The translations under genes were made by a program, and so were the position numbers. From positions 1-64,000 of the forward strand of contig CAXXSM010000073.1 in the NCBI GenBank assembly GCA_963663405.2: DNA of 64,000 nt, read 5' to 3'. Source of the stretch: a bacterium. GTDB lineage: Bacteria; Hinthialibacterota; Hinthialibacteria; Hinthialibacterales; Hinthialibacteraceae. Positions 10,501 through 18,345 of the stretch are shown piece after piece (positions within the stretch are counted from its first letter, which is position 1; the number at the start of each line of letters is the position of its first letter). The notes beneath the pieces are model-generated. The model saw only the letters and a list, made by a program, of their open reading frames with translations. It was not told where the DNA came from and did not search any database.

Positions 10501-11425
10501 TTCAAAGGGAGGCTCTCCAGTTAAAGAAACGGCGAACCTAATCGATCTGGTCAGAGAAACCGCGTCGTTTTCCCTGCGGGGATCCAATGTTTCTTGCCAA
10601 TTTGATTTTCCTGATCATCTCTGGTTGGTGGATGTTGATAAAGGACAGTTTGGTCAAGTGATTCAGAATTTGATCATCAATGCGGATCAAGCGATGCCGG
10701 AAGGAGGAATCGTCAATATTAAAGGGGAGAATGTCCATATAGCAGATGATGATGTAAAGAGCGCCGCGGGTTTGCGATCCGGTGATTATGTGATACTCAC
10801 GATTCAGGATCAGGGAATCGGTATATCAGACGAGTATCTGCAGAAAATCTTTGATCCCTATTTCACGACGAAACAAAAAGGAAGTGGCCTGGGATTGGCC
10901 ACAACCTATTCCATCATTAAAAACCACGACAGTACGATAGCCGTTCAATCACAAATTGGCGTTGGAACCACGTTTACCATCTCTATTCCCGCTTCCTTAA
11001 ACACAACTTTAGCCACTCCCAAAATGGAACCGGAACCAATCAGTTCCGGTCAAGGCCGTATCCTTGTCATGGACGATGAAAAAATGATCCGAACTGTTGT
11101 TGGGAGAATGCTTGAGAAGATCGGTTATGAAGTGGATTACGCCGAGGACGGGAATGAAGCCATTGAGAAATATACAAACGCCCTACAATCTGGGAATGTT
11201 TTTAAAGCGGTTCTTATGGATTTGACAATTCCCGGCGGTATGGGTGGGAAGGAAGCGGTACAAAAATTATTGGAGATTGATCCACAGGTTAAGGCGGTTG
11301 TTTCGAGCGGTTATTCAGGCGATCCGATTATGGCGAATTACGAAGAATATGGGTTTTGTGGAGTGATCAGCAAACCCTATAGAACGGGTGAATTGAGGAA
11401 GACATTACAGAATGCGCTGCGCTAA
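7553..11425 (+). CDS. Hybrid sensor histidine kinase (periplasmic beta-propeller/Y_Y_Y, TM, PAS, HisKA, HATPase, receiver)
   Basis: GGIAHDFNNLL H-box; FTTKQKGSGLGL; VMDDE...MDL receiver; FEVRAMDRNGN; start codon uncertain. Confidence 0.92.
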   Translation: MKNTKPALLFIQLLYGEYSKINVIYSIRSIYYIFIILWIFNQASNAFSHDHWRYFTSQDGLKESWISAVNVGASGRVWMNHGSIGYCSVYDGYQIQNYQNPYHSLKIQEDIIGHVFSLVTGDTGGFARFMNGVWIPYLFPREESIPSPYTFTRTSFYQHEEERVLFLLPDRFLEFHFPSQSVKELLHVEETELNEFNKLLISETKTIWIAGKTGLVKYSNGNFETYYIPAEYDTRIIDESFIGKRGRIVCTCSNPANNVRRILLFEQGEWTERPCSIENIYCCWDGEDDSFWIRTNSRRLGDLYFCKAGEILPVESNRFLSSSMNDIHICPEGGFWMATANGLAHYSPSLWRISSDFPRLYEPVYDIFEDRSNRQWIQMDGSFFVCERGHWDEIKIPDSSEQNNPYRSAIASAGQDNLYIDLISGPNAILNPDARTISVIGRDGNRVVYIRPFKHNDRIYCLTYDEVSREDYIEVCDKGIFSEYAGPIDRSRIGNFTFLFVSQQGDLWIAGRKGLLRIKNGELQYSDEMPEYTGQGAFCYLERKDGRLWFGGRDSIWQYSETGWTLVRSEGLETVRDMIECQDENILVLSGTGVHRYDNYSWITNNTEDGLIDANYNCIYENSKSQICVGTAKGLFCYHPDADSDPPQTFLADENLSVMPPGGTIQLVFNGKDRWDYTHSDRLLFSYRIDQSEWTPFTSHTVANAAGISAGSHQFEVRAMDRNGNIDSSPARIAFRMPVIPFQDRWWFWPVLYSLITLITLLAFYALWAKKNLETIVQERTQDLQRSNESLKQSRETYRDLVEHINEVIYSLDNQGVITYVSPAIESITENPSAVYVGKNFLQFFYSDDQQKLVEEYEIILSGQSLVNESRILTNSGGYRWVSLSSRPIKESHRITGLRGMLTDITERKMLEQELLNARKLESVGILAGGIAHDFNNLLMVITGNISLAKTIAGSSEKVNEFLSEVESALDRAQKLTQQLLTFSKGGSPVKETANLIDLVRETASFSLRGSNVSCQFDFPDHLWLVDVDKGQFGQVIQNLIINADQAMPEGGIVNIKGENVHIADDDVKSAAGLRSGDYVILTIQDQGIGISDEYLQKIFDPYFTTKQKGSGLGLATTYSIIKNHDSTIAVQSQIGVGTTFTISIPASLNTTLATPKMEPEPISSGQGRILVMDDEKMIRTVVGRMLEKIGYEVDYAEDGNEAIEKYTNALQSGNVFKAVLMDLTIPGGMGGKEAVQKLLEIDPQVKAVVSSGYSGDPIMANYEEYGFCGVISKPYRTGELRKTLQNALR

Positions 11426-11475
11426 GGAGCATAAATGAACTCCATTTCTCATCGATCCATCCTGTGACATTGAAA

Positions 11476-11501
11476 AAGCCCAGTCTAATGAGACTGGGCT
11501 T
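11476..11501. terminator. Intrinsic terminator hairpin
   Basis: aagcccagtct-aatg-agactgggctt between convergent genes. Confidence 0.7.
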
Positions 11502-11528
11502 GTACAATGAGTGAATGTCAACAATCCG

Positions 11529-12077
11529 TTACTCTAAAGGCTGGTTACTACCAAAACCCACGGTTCTTCCATCCGATAAGGTGAATTCATAGTTATAGAT
11601 TGTAATCCCATTATCGGCTACCGTTTTCCCAACTAATTTATATTTCTTTTCCGCTATCAATTTTTGTATTTCTTGATGAGCGGCGTTGGCTTGTTCCTGC
11701 GTCACATTAGGATTGTTTGTCGAAAATGCGGAAACACTGCCGCTGCCTTTTGCCTCGATTGTGGTTTTAATGGATCCATCCGGAAGAGTCTCCGTATTTT
11801 CTACCATTATTTCTACAGGACCTTCTGATGTATCAACAATGAATGTTTTAAAGGAATTGATGCCTGCCCAGGCGCCGACCACAAGAACCAGGGCGAGGCA
11901 AATCCCCAAAGCCCATGTTGCTTTTTTTGTTTGAAATATACCAATATTCATGATTGTTTTTTCCTTTCGCATTTCACGGATCAATTCATTTTTAAGTCGA
12001 CACCGATGACCGCTTTCCACAACACGCGGCGCCTGAATGTTTCGGAGCCAATCTTCGGCATCTCGTTTTGGGATCAT
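11529..12077 (-). CDS. Putative membrane-anchored anti-sigma factor
   Basis: Short cytoplasmic N-terminus (HRCRLKNEL), one TM helix, downstream of an ECF sigma gene on the same strand. Confidence 0.65.
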   Translation of the reverse strand: MIPKRDAEDWLRNIQAPRVVESGHRCRLKNELIREMRKEKTIMNIGIFQTKKATWALGICLALVLVVGAWAGINSFKTFIVDTSEGPVEIMVENTETLPDGSIKTTIEAKGSGSVSAFSTNNPNVTQEQANAAHQEIQKLIAEKKYKLVGKTVADNGITIYNYEFTLSDGRTVGFGSNQPLE

Positions 12078-12110
12078 GATCTTCAATCTTTCTTTATTTC
12101 AATTTAATTT

Positions 12111-12612
12111 GGCTCATCCGGAAATTGGGCGCATTGCGTTTTTTCTTAGGAAATTTCACCATTTTTTGTAAGTTTTATCATTGTGATACCTCAAATTTCC
12201 TAGGAAAAAAAGCATCGATACTCCGTGATCTGTTAAATGTCAAAAGTAATCTGTCAAATATTTGTGTATCTTATTCTATGATTATCTAATCTTTGAATAG
12301 ACTATCGGAATATTGATTATTGGGTGTTTTGCAATCTGTTTTTTAAAATGATCAATACAAGGATTTCTTTAAATCTTAGCAAGTTTTTCAAGATTCTTAA
12401 GTATAGAATATTCAATCAGTTATTAACAAAGAAAAAAATAGAATTGGTATTATCCGTATAACTGTGGAGCGTGTGGATAACGGCTTTATCGTTATCCAAG
12501 TGGCTGTGGGCAATATCGATAGATTTGTCCACAGACACGTCACGATCCATAGGGCTTTCGATTACACTTTTTATTAAAAATTCAATCGATGTGCCCAATT
12601 TCCGGATGAACC
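12111..12612. mobile_element. MITE-like non-autonomous element, 502 bp
   Basis: TIRs GGCTCATCCGGAAATTGGGCGCAT / revcomp GGTTCATCCGGAAAATTGGGCACAT; flanking 8-bp direct repeat TTTAATTT at 12103-12110 and 12613-12620; no credible ORF. Confidence 0.85.
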
Positions 12613-12646
12613 TTTAATTTCTTTGAAATGGCCATTTCATAGAGTT

Positions 12647-12673
12647 AAATACCTGGATGTGAAAAAAGTTGCA
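12647..12673 (-). promoter_or_regulatory. Putative ECF-sigma promoter upstream of the anti-sigma gene (TGCAAC-N15-GTATTT)
   Basis: Same -35 hexamer and 15-nt spacer as the site upstream of the sigma gene. Confidence 0.55.
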
Positions 12674-12677
12674 TTGT

Positions 12678-13322
12678 TTATGTGTTTATTTTATCCATCT
12701 GTTTTCGCAGCCGTTTTAAACCCCGATGGAGCAGGGATTTCACAGTTCCGATCCGCTTTCCAAGCGCATCGGCGATCTCCTGATAGGACAGACGCTCGAA
12801 ATAGCGAAGCGTGATGACGGATTGATAGCGGTCCGGCAGCCGCTGCAGGAAAGCGAGAAGTTGAACATAGTTCTCCATTTGTTCTTTCTTGTTTTCTTCC
12901 GCTTCGATCTCCAATTTGGGGAAATAAACAGTATTCAATTCATTTTGCCATTCCATCAAATGATAGGATTCTTCCCTCGTTCGGCGCCGTTTCACTTTTC
13001 TGAAATGATTGCGGATTTCGTTGGAGGCGATCCGGTATAGCCAAGCGCGGAAGGGAGCATTCGGTTTATAACCAGCAAGGGCTTTCAATGCTTTAAAAAA
13101 AGTATTGGATGTCAGGTCTTCGGCGATAGAGCGATTGAGTGTGCGATGAAAAATATAGGATAATATCGCCGAATAGTGGAGTTCATATAACTGCCCAAAC
13201 GCTTTAGGATTGGTTTTCGCCTCCTCAATTATCCCGGTTTCCGCGCCAGGAAAGGTTGGATGATCAATCTGAATTGGGATTGCTCCCTCGGATTTATACT
13301 GAACATTGGAAATGACGGCCAT
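12678..13322 (-). CDS. ECF-family RNA polymerase sigma factor
   Basis: AFGQLYELH, AEDLTSNTF, FRAWLYRIASN (region 2); LSYQEIADALG...GTVKSLLHRG (region 4). Confidence 0.95.
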   Translation of the reverse strand: MAVISNVQYKSEGAIPIQIDHPTFPGAETGIIEEAKTNPKAFGQLYELHYSAILSYIFHRTLNRSIAEDLTSNTFFKALKALAGYKPNAPFRAWLYRIASNEIRNHFRKVKRRRTREESYHLMEWQNELNTVYFPKLEIEAEENKKEQMENYVQLLAFLQRLPDRYQSVITLRYFERLSYQEIADALGKRIGTVKSLLHRGLKRLRKQMDKINT

Positions 13323-13361
13323 TGTTTATACCTGACGATAGAGAATGATCCTCTTTTCCTT

Positions 13362-13388
13362 TAATGCCAGATACTGGCATTTGTTGCA
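13362..13388 (-). promoter_or_regulatory. Putative autoregulatory ECF promoter (TGCAAC-N15-GCATTA) overlapping a palindrome
   Basis: AAC-type -35 typical of ECF promoters; palindrome atgccag-ata-ctggcat at 13364-13380. Confidence 0.55.
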
Positions 13389-13602
13389 TTGATTTGGATA
13401 TTTTTTTAAGAAAATGAAAGCGAGAATTCCTTCGAGTCATAAAGGATGCTTTTTAGTGAAACGCAGGGCCCCATATCATTCATTTTTAATAATGTATATT
13501 ACACACATTCAGAGAAGAAATAATTCTGACGTAATGATTTCTGATCTATTATTTTAATGGTATACTGCGCATATTGAATTCTCGATCATCACTATACTGT
13601 TT

Positions 13603-15717
13603 ATGCCTATCATTAAAGAAAGGACCCTGTCGATGACTTCGAATATTGTATCCAGTTTGATTCTTATCTCTCTCTTCACCGCAATAGGGAGAACCGAACC
13701 AATCACAACCGGGACTCTTTTCCAAGAGATGACGGATATGAAACGTTTAATGGATTTTCCCGATCCGGCCTATAGAACTGTCCAATTTTCATCTTATGAT
13801 CATCGAAGCGTTCATCCGGGAGGTCCTGACTGGTTCGCCAATTCCGATGGTTTTGGTAGAGAACCGATCCCCAATTTCGAACGCGTTTTCAAAGAACCGG
13901 ATGATAAAGGGATCGGCGAATATTTAGTTTGTGATGTTGAAGGTCCCGGCGCCATTGTCCGCGAATGGACGGCGGCCATTCGAGGAACTATCCGCCTTGA
14001 ACTGGATGGAAGTCTTTTGTATGAAGGTTCGGCGGATGACTTTTTCCGGCGAACCTATGACACGTTCGCCGAAAAAGTGGATGTGGATCCATCTATTTTT
14101 GAAAACACTTTTAGCCAACGGAACGCTGGATATTATCCTATCCCATTCGCCAAACGATGCCGCATCGTTTGGATTGGAAACGTTCGGGAGATCCATTTTT
14201 ATCAATTACAAATCCGCCTCTATGAAAAAGAAGCCGTGATTAAGACATTTCAATCAAGTGATTTAATCACTTACAAAAAAGAAATGAAACACGTGGCGTC
14301 GATTCTGGCTGATCCGGATGGTGAGTGGATTTATCAATCGAAAAACAAGCCGATCGTCTTATCCGCCCAAATCCCACCTAAAGAATCCCAAGAGATTCTG
14401 AGTCTTGAAGGGCCGAAAGCCTTGGAACGATTGACTCTAAAGGTTCAGGCAGAGGATTTAGACCGGGCGTTGCGTCAAACCATCCTTCATATTAAATGTG
14501 ATGAATACCCCTGGGGGCAGGTCCAAGCCCCGATCGGCGATTTCTTTGGCGCCGCGCCGGGAATTAATCCGATGAATACCGTGCCATTTACGATTCATCC
14601 CGATGGAACGATGACCTGCCGGTATGTTATGCCCTTCAAGCAATCCCTTTCCATCCAAATTGAGAATCGTGGGGAGCAAAAAGTAACCGTTACTGGATCT
14701 GTCCTGCCTATGGATTATGAATGGGACGATGAAACCTCCATGCATTTCCGCGCTCGTTGGCGTATCGATCACGATTTAACCGCGTCTGGGGAAGCCGTGC
14801 AGGATTTACCGTTCTTGATCGCGAATGGAAAAGGTGTGTATGTCGGCACGGTTTCCTATTTGCTGAATCCCAATCCCGTTCCTCATTCCGGGGGCAATTG
14901 GTGGGGGGAAGGAGATGAGAAGATTTTTATTGATGACGATAGCCGGCCTTCGACATTTGGCACTGGATCGGAAGATTATTATAACTACGCCTGGTCGGCG
15001 GTGGACATTTTTGTCTTCCCCTATTTCGCTCAACCCCGCAATGATGGACCGGCGAACCGGGGATTTGTGACCAATAACCGTTTTCATATCCTTGATCCGC
15101 TTCCGTTTGAATACCGTCTCAGTTTCTATATGGAATTATTCAGCCATGAAACGACTCCTGGCGTCTCATACGCGAGGCTTGCTTATCATTACGCTCGTCC
15201 TGGTCTGATGGATGACCATCTCCCTATTACCAATGAAGATATACGGCATTTAGAACTTCCGGCTGATTGGCGGCCCGCTTCACGCGGCGCGGCAAAAAAT
15301 TCTATCTTTTATCAGGCGGAAGAATTGGTTCTCGAAGAAGATAATCTTTCATTGGTTGAGGATAACCTCTGGTCGGGGGGACGCTTGATGGTATGGAAAC
15401 CACGGGAATCGAAAAAGACTTTGACCTTCAATGTGCCCGTTTTAGAAGATGGGAATTATACAATCCACTTCACATGCGCACTAAATAATCAATCTGGCGC
15501 TTTTTCTGTTTCTTACGCCAATCAAAAACTCAAGTTCGAAAAGACAAACCAGATTAATCTATTCATTCCATACCGAACGCTTCTTCGTGATTTTCCTTCT
15601 CAGACCATTTCCTTGAAAAAAGGTGTTACTCCACTCACCTTGCTCTACGAAGGCCCATCCCGAAAAGACGCTATGAAAACGATTGGGATTGACTTTATCT
15701 GGGTGCAAAAACGATAA
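13603..15717 (+). CDS. DUF2961 (GH172-like) glycoside hydrolase
   Basis: QFSSYDH, VEGPGAIV, WWGEGDEKIFID, GTGSEDYY motifs; N-terminal signal-like segment. Confidence 0.85.
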   Translation: MPIIKERTLSMTSNIVSSLILISLFTAIGRTEPITTGTLFQEMTDMKRLMDFPDPAYRTVQFSSYDHRSVHPGGPDWFANSDGFGREPIPNFERVFKEPDDKGIGEYLVCDVEGPGAIVREWTAAIRGTIRLELDGSLLYEGSADDFFRRTYDTFAEKVDVDPSIFENTFSQRNAGYYPIPFAKRCRIVWIGNVREIHFYQLQIRLYEKEAVIKTFQSSDLITYKKEMKHVASILADPDGEWIYQSKNKPIVLSAQIPPKESQEILSLEGPKALERLTLKVQAEDLDRALRQTILHIKCDEYPWGQVQAPIGDFFGAAPGINPMNTVPFTIHPDGTMTCRYVMPFKQSLSIQIENRGEQKVTVTGSVLPMDYEWDDETSMHFRARWRIDHDLTASGEAVQDLPFLIANGKGVYVGTVSYLLNPNPVPHSGGNWWGEGDEKIFIDDDSRPSTFGTGSEDYYNYAWSAVDIFVFPYFAQPRNDGPANRGFVTNNRFHILDPLPFEYRLSFYMELFSHETTPGVSYARLAYHYARPGLMDDHLPITNEDIRHLELPADWRPASRGAAKNSIFYQAEELVLEEDNLSLVEDNLWSGGRLMVWKPRESKKTLTFNVPVLEDGNYTIHFTCALNNQSGAFSVSYANQKLKFEKTNQINLFIPYRTLLRDFPSQTISLKKGVTPLTLLYEGPSRKDAMKTIGIDFIWVQKR

Positions 15718-16010
15718 TATGTTACAATGTTATTCGTGTTATGTATAGAAATAAGAATTATATATCCTTTTTTCCTTATCCTTTGTTTCCAATTTCTTCT
15801 TGAATGTTACATTTCTTGCAATTAAATAAACAACAAATCATAAAGTAAGGTATCTTCAAGCCGATAATGTTGAATTGAGCCTAACAATAAATTAATAAAA
15901 AAATGAAGATTTTTGGATATTGATTCTTGAAGTTTTATCCAAGATTTGGTAGAGTCATATTTTATTAATGATAATTTTGATTTTCTTAATACTGATAAAA
16001 GGATTTTCCT

Positions 16011-16244
16011 GTGGAACAGAGAAACAAACTGGTGAAGATATGCGCGTCTTGTAAGAGAATCCTTGGTGAAGATGATCTTTGGTATGAGTGGATCGAGGGG
16101 ATGAGTGATTTGTCGAAAGAAAGAATTAGTCATGGAATCTGTCCTGACTGTATTCAATCACTCTATCCAAATGTGTCTAAATACATTGATGAACAATCCG
16201 TATCTCCTCCTGCCGATTTACTCCAAGAATCATTACCAAAATAG
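16011..16244 (+). CDS. Small Cys/His metal-binding protein (CxxC...SHGICxxC)
   Basis: ICASCKRI...W...ISHGICPDC, a module usually found at the C-terminus of PAS/receiver proteins. Confidence 0.7.
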   Translation: MEQRNKLVKICASCKRILGEDDLWYEWIEGMSDLSKERISHGICPDCIQSLYPNVSKYIDEQSVSPPADLLQESLPK

Positions 16245-16268
16245 AAAAAACGCAGGTAATTCGTTTTT

Positions 16269-17564
16269 CTATCTTCTAATGTAAAGTACGGTTTCTAGAT
16301 GGTAGGTTTGAGGGAACATGTCGAAAGGCTGAAGAGTTTCGATTCGGTACCCTTCCTGAATAAATGCGCTTGTGTCCCTCGCCAGCGCGGCTGGATGGCA
16401 GGATATCATCACCAATTCCTGAGGTTTTCTTTCCAAGATTTGGGATGTGACTTCCTTCGATAAACCGGAACGGGGAGGATTTAATATTACGACATCATAT
16501 TTATGGGATGTCTTTTGAAGAAATTGTTCCAAGGAATCGGAAAAGATATTAACTCGGTTGTCGAGACCATTCTGTTGGACCAACCGGCGCGCGTCTTCCG
16601 CCGCATTCAGATTGTTTTCCACACCATGCGTCATAGTGAAAGTTTCCCCTAAACGCCGTGTCAGAATCCCTACCCCGCAATACCCATCCAAAACCGCTTG
16701 TCTTCGTGTAAAGGGGAGGGAAAGAATGCAATCGTATAAGCGTGTCCGGATTTGGTCATTGACTTGGAGAAACGAATTGTAGCTGATTCCGGATTGACTC
16801 CTGACGTGTTTGTCTGATTGAAAACGAATGGTCTGTTTTCTTTCGCCAGGGAGAATCAGTTCATCCAAAACCTGCTCCTGATTGATTAGAATATTCACAA
16901 AATCATCGAGATTGTACTGCGGGATGCGCACATCAAAGAAATGTGCGATTCTCCATCCATCGATCACACGAAGGATAACCCGAGAACCACGATTGCGCCG
17001 GTTCGAATATGTCGTTAAAACCGGTTTTGCTCGATTCAGAGCGGATAGAAGCGGTTGCATCAATGCGCGAATGTCTGGATGTGCGATGAGACAATCATCG
17101 ATCGATACATAGCGGGATGGTGAGAAGATCTGGTGAAACGCGTATATCACTTTCCCATCACGTTCGAGTAAGGGAAGAGCCAACTTGTTCCGGTATTCCC
17201 ATTCATTCGAAGGAACTGGAGCGCCTGCGTTCACATCCAGATGTCCCACACGCCGGAACGTTTCTTCGATCCACTGCTGTTTAAGAGGTAATTGTTTCGC
17301 ATATAGCAGATGCTGCAGTTGACATCCCCCGCAGGCGCCAAAATAAGGGCAGCGCGGCTTTGTGCGTTTCCGGGCGGCCGAATCGCAGTCCCCCACTTTC
17401 CGGATGGGAAGCGCCCTGTCGAATTGTTTTCGACGTTGCGCGGTCTCTACCACCCATTTTTCGCCCGGTAGTGTGAAAGGGACAAAAACGGCTTTCCCTT
17501 CCACCCGGCCAATCCCTTCGCCCTGAGTGGATAAAGCGGTTATGGATAAAATTGTCTCAGTCAT
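16269..17564 (-). CDS. rlmD: 23S rRNA (uracil-C5)-methyltransferase, RlmD/TrmA family
   Basis: TRAM domain; CPYFGACGGCQLQH Fe-S motif; SFLQVN; NPPRSG; SCHP; FDMFPQTYHLE. Confidence 0.88.
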   Translation of the reverse strand: MTETILSITALSTQGEGIGRVEGKAVFVPFTLPGEKWVVETAQRRKQFDRALPIRKVGDCDSAARKRTKPRCPYFGACGGCQLQHLLYAKQLPLKQQWIEETFRRVGHLDVNAGAPVPSNEWEYRNKLALPLLERDGKVIYAFHQIFSPSRYVSIDDCLIAHPDIRALMQPLLSALNRAKPVLTTYSNRRNRGSRVILRVIDGWRIAHFFDVRIPQYNLDDFVNILINQEQVLDELILPGERKQTIRFQSDKHVRSQSGISYNSFLQVNDQIRTRLYDCILSLPFTRRQAVLDGYCGVGILTRRLGETFTMTHGVENNLNAAEDARRLVQQNGLDNRVNIFSDSLEQFLQKTSHKYDVVILNPPRSGLSKEVTSQILERKPQELVMISCHPAALARDTSAFIQEGYRIETLQPFDMFPQTYHLETVLYIRR

Positions 17565-17703
17565 TTCTTCGACTCGTAATAAGTAATGTCATTTCCTTGC
17601 TGAAAGATATTTCTCTATATTATTTGAAATTGGAATTAAGTTATCGTATCTAAAAATATTGTCATCGTGATATACTAAAAGAAAAGAAATTTTGAGAAGA
17701 ATC

Positions 17704-17937
17704 ATGCTTTCAACCGATATTCAGAATATAGATATACTGGAATTAATAAAGCAAATAAAAGCAGGTCACGAAGTGACGCTTGAGGATAAAGGCGCGCCCT
17801 TTGCAAAAGTTGTCCCTATTGCCAAATGTCCAAAAGAACCTCGCAAACTTGGACTGGCTCCCAATATACAGATCGCGGATAACTTTGATGAATGGCCGGA
17901 TGATTTTACCTTCCCATTCGGGAAGGCGGACAAATGA
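17704..17937 (+). CDS. Phd/YefM-family antitoxin (VapB-type)
   Basis: GHEVTL...GAPFAKVVP...RKLGL...IADNFDE; ATGA overlap with a PIN gene. Confidence 0.8.
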   Translation: MLSTDIQNIDILELIKQIKAGHEVTLEDKGAPFAKVVPIAKCPKEPRKLGLAPNIQIADNFDEWPDDFTFPFGKADK

Positions 17938-18077
17938 ATCTACTACTTGACACTCATGCCTTATTATGGTGTTTGAAGAATTTTAACAATCTATCACGTC
18001 AAGCGTATAAGGCCATTATCAATCCTGAAAATCGTGTATTTGTGAGTGTTATATCGATTGCGGAAATAAAAAAATGA
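17934..18077 (+). pseudogene. Truncated PIN-domain VapC toxin (47 aa)
   Basis: MNLLLDTHALLW...VFVSVISIAEI then stop exactly at the edge of a repeat element. Confidence 0.85.
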
Positions 18078-18315
18078 AGCTTATCCAGTAAGTGAGTATG
18101 TAAAGTAAAAAATAATCTCTTTTCATGAAAGATTGCGTAATCATTTTCACCCAGACTTAAAAGTCTGGGCTACTATAATATGTCCTACCGGCGCTCGCGC
18201 CGGAGCCTTTACGGGACAAAAGAAAATAGTCCAGGATTTTAATCCTGGGGATAGAGGAATATGCTTTCTCGTTAGAATTAGCATTTACTAATAGTACTCA
18301 CTTACCGGATGAACC
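18078..18315. mobile_element. MITE-like element with REP-like hairpin cargo
   Basis: Ends AGCTTATCCAGTAAGTGAGTA / revcomp GGTTCATCCGGTAAGTGAGTA; internal hairpins cccagact-taaa-agtctggg, ccggcgc..gcgccgg, ccaggatt-tt-aatcctgg; degenerate third end copy at about 18325-18346. Confidence 0.7.
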
Positions 18316-18345
18316 ATTTTAATGTATTCATTTACTGGATGAATC

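Noticed and set aside
12200-12560. Chromosomal origin (oriC), suggested by DnaA boxes next to AT-rich DNA
   Set aside because: The region lies inside TIRs with a target duplication, only one box is perfect, and no dnaA/dnaN/gyrB-type genes are nearby
15822-16157. 111-aa minus-strand ORF in AT-rich DNA
   Set aside because: Overlaps the better supported Cys-motif ORF on the plus strand and has no motif
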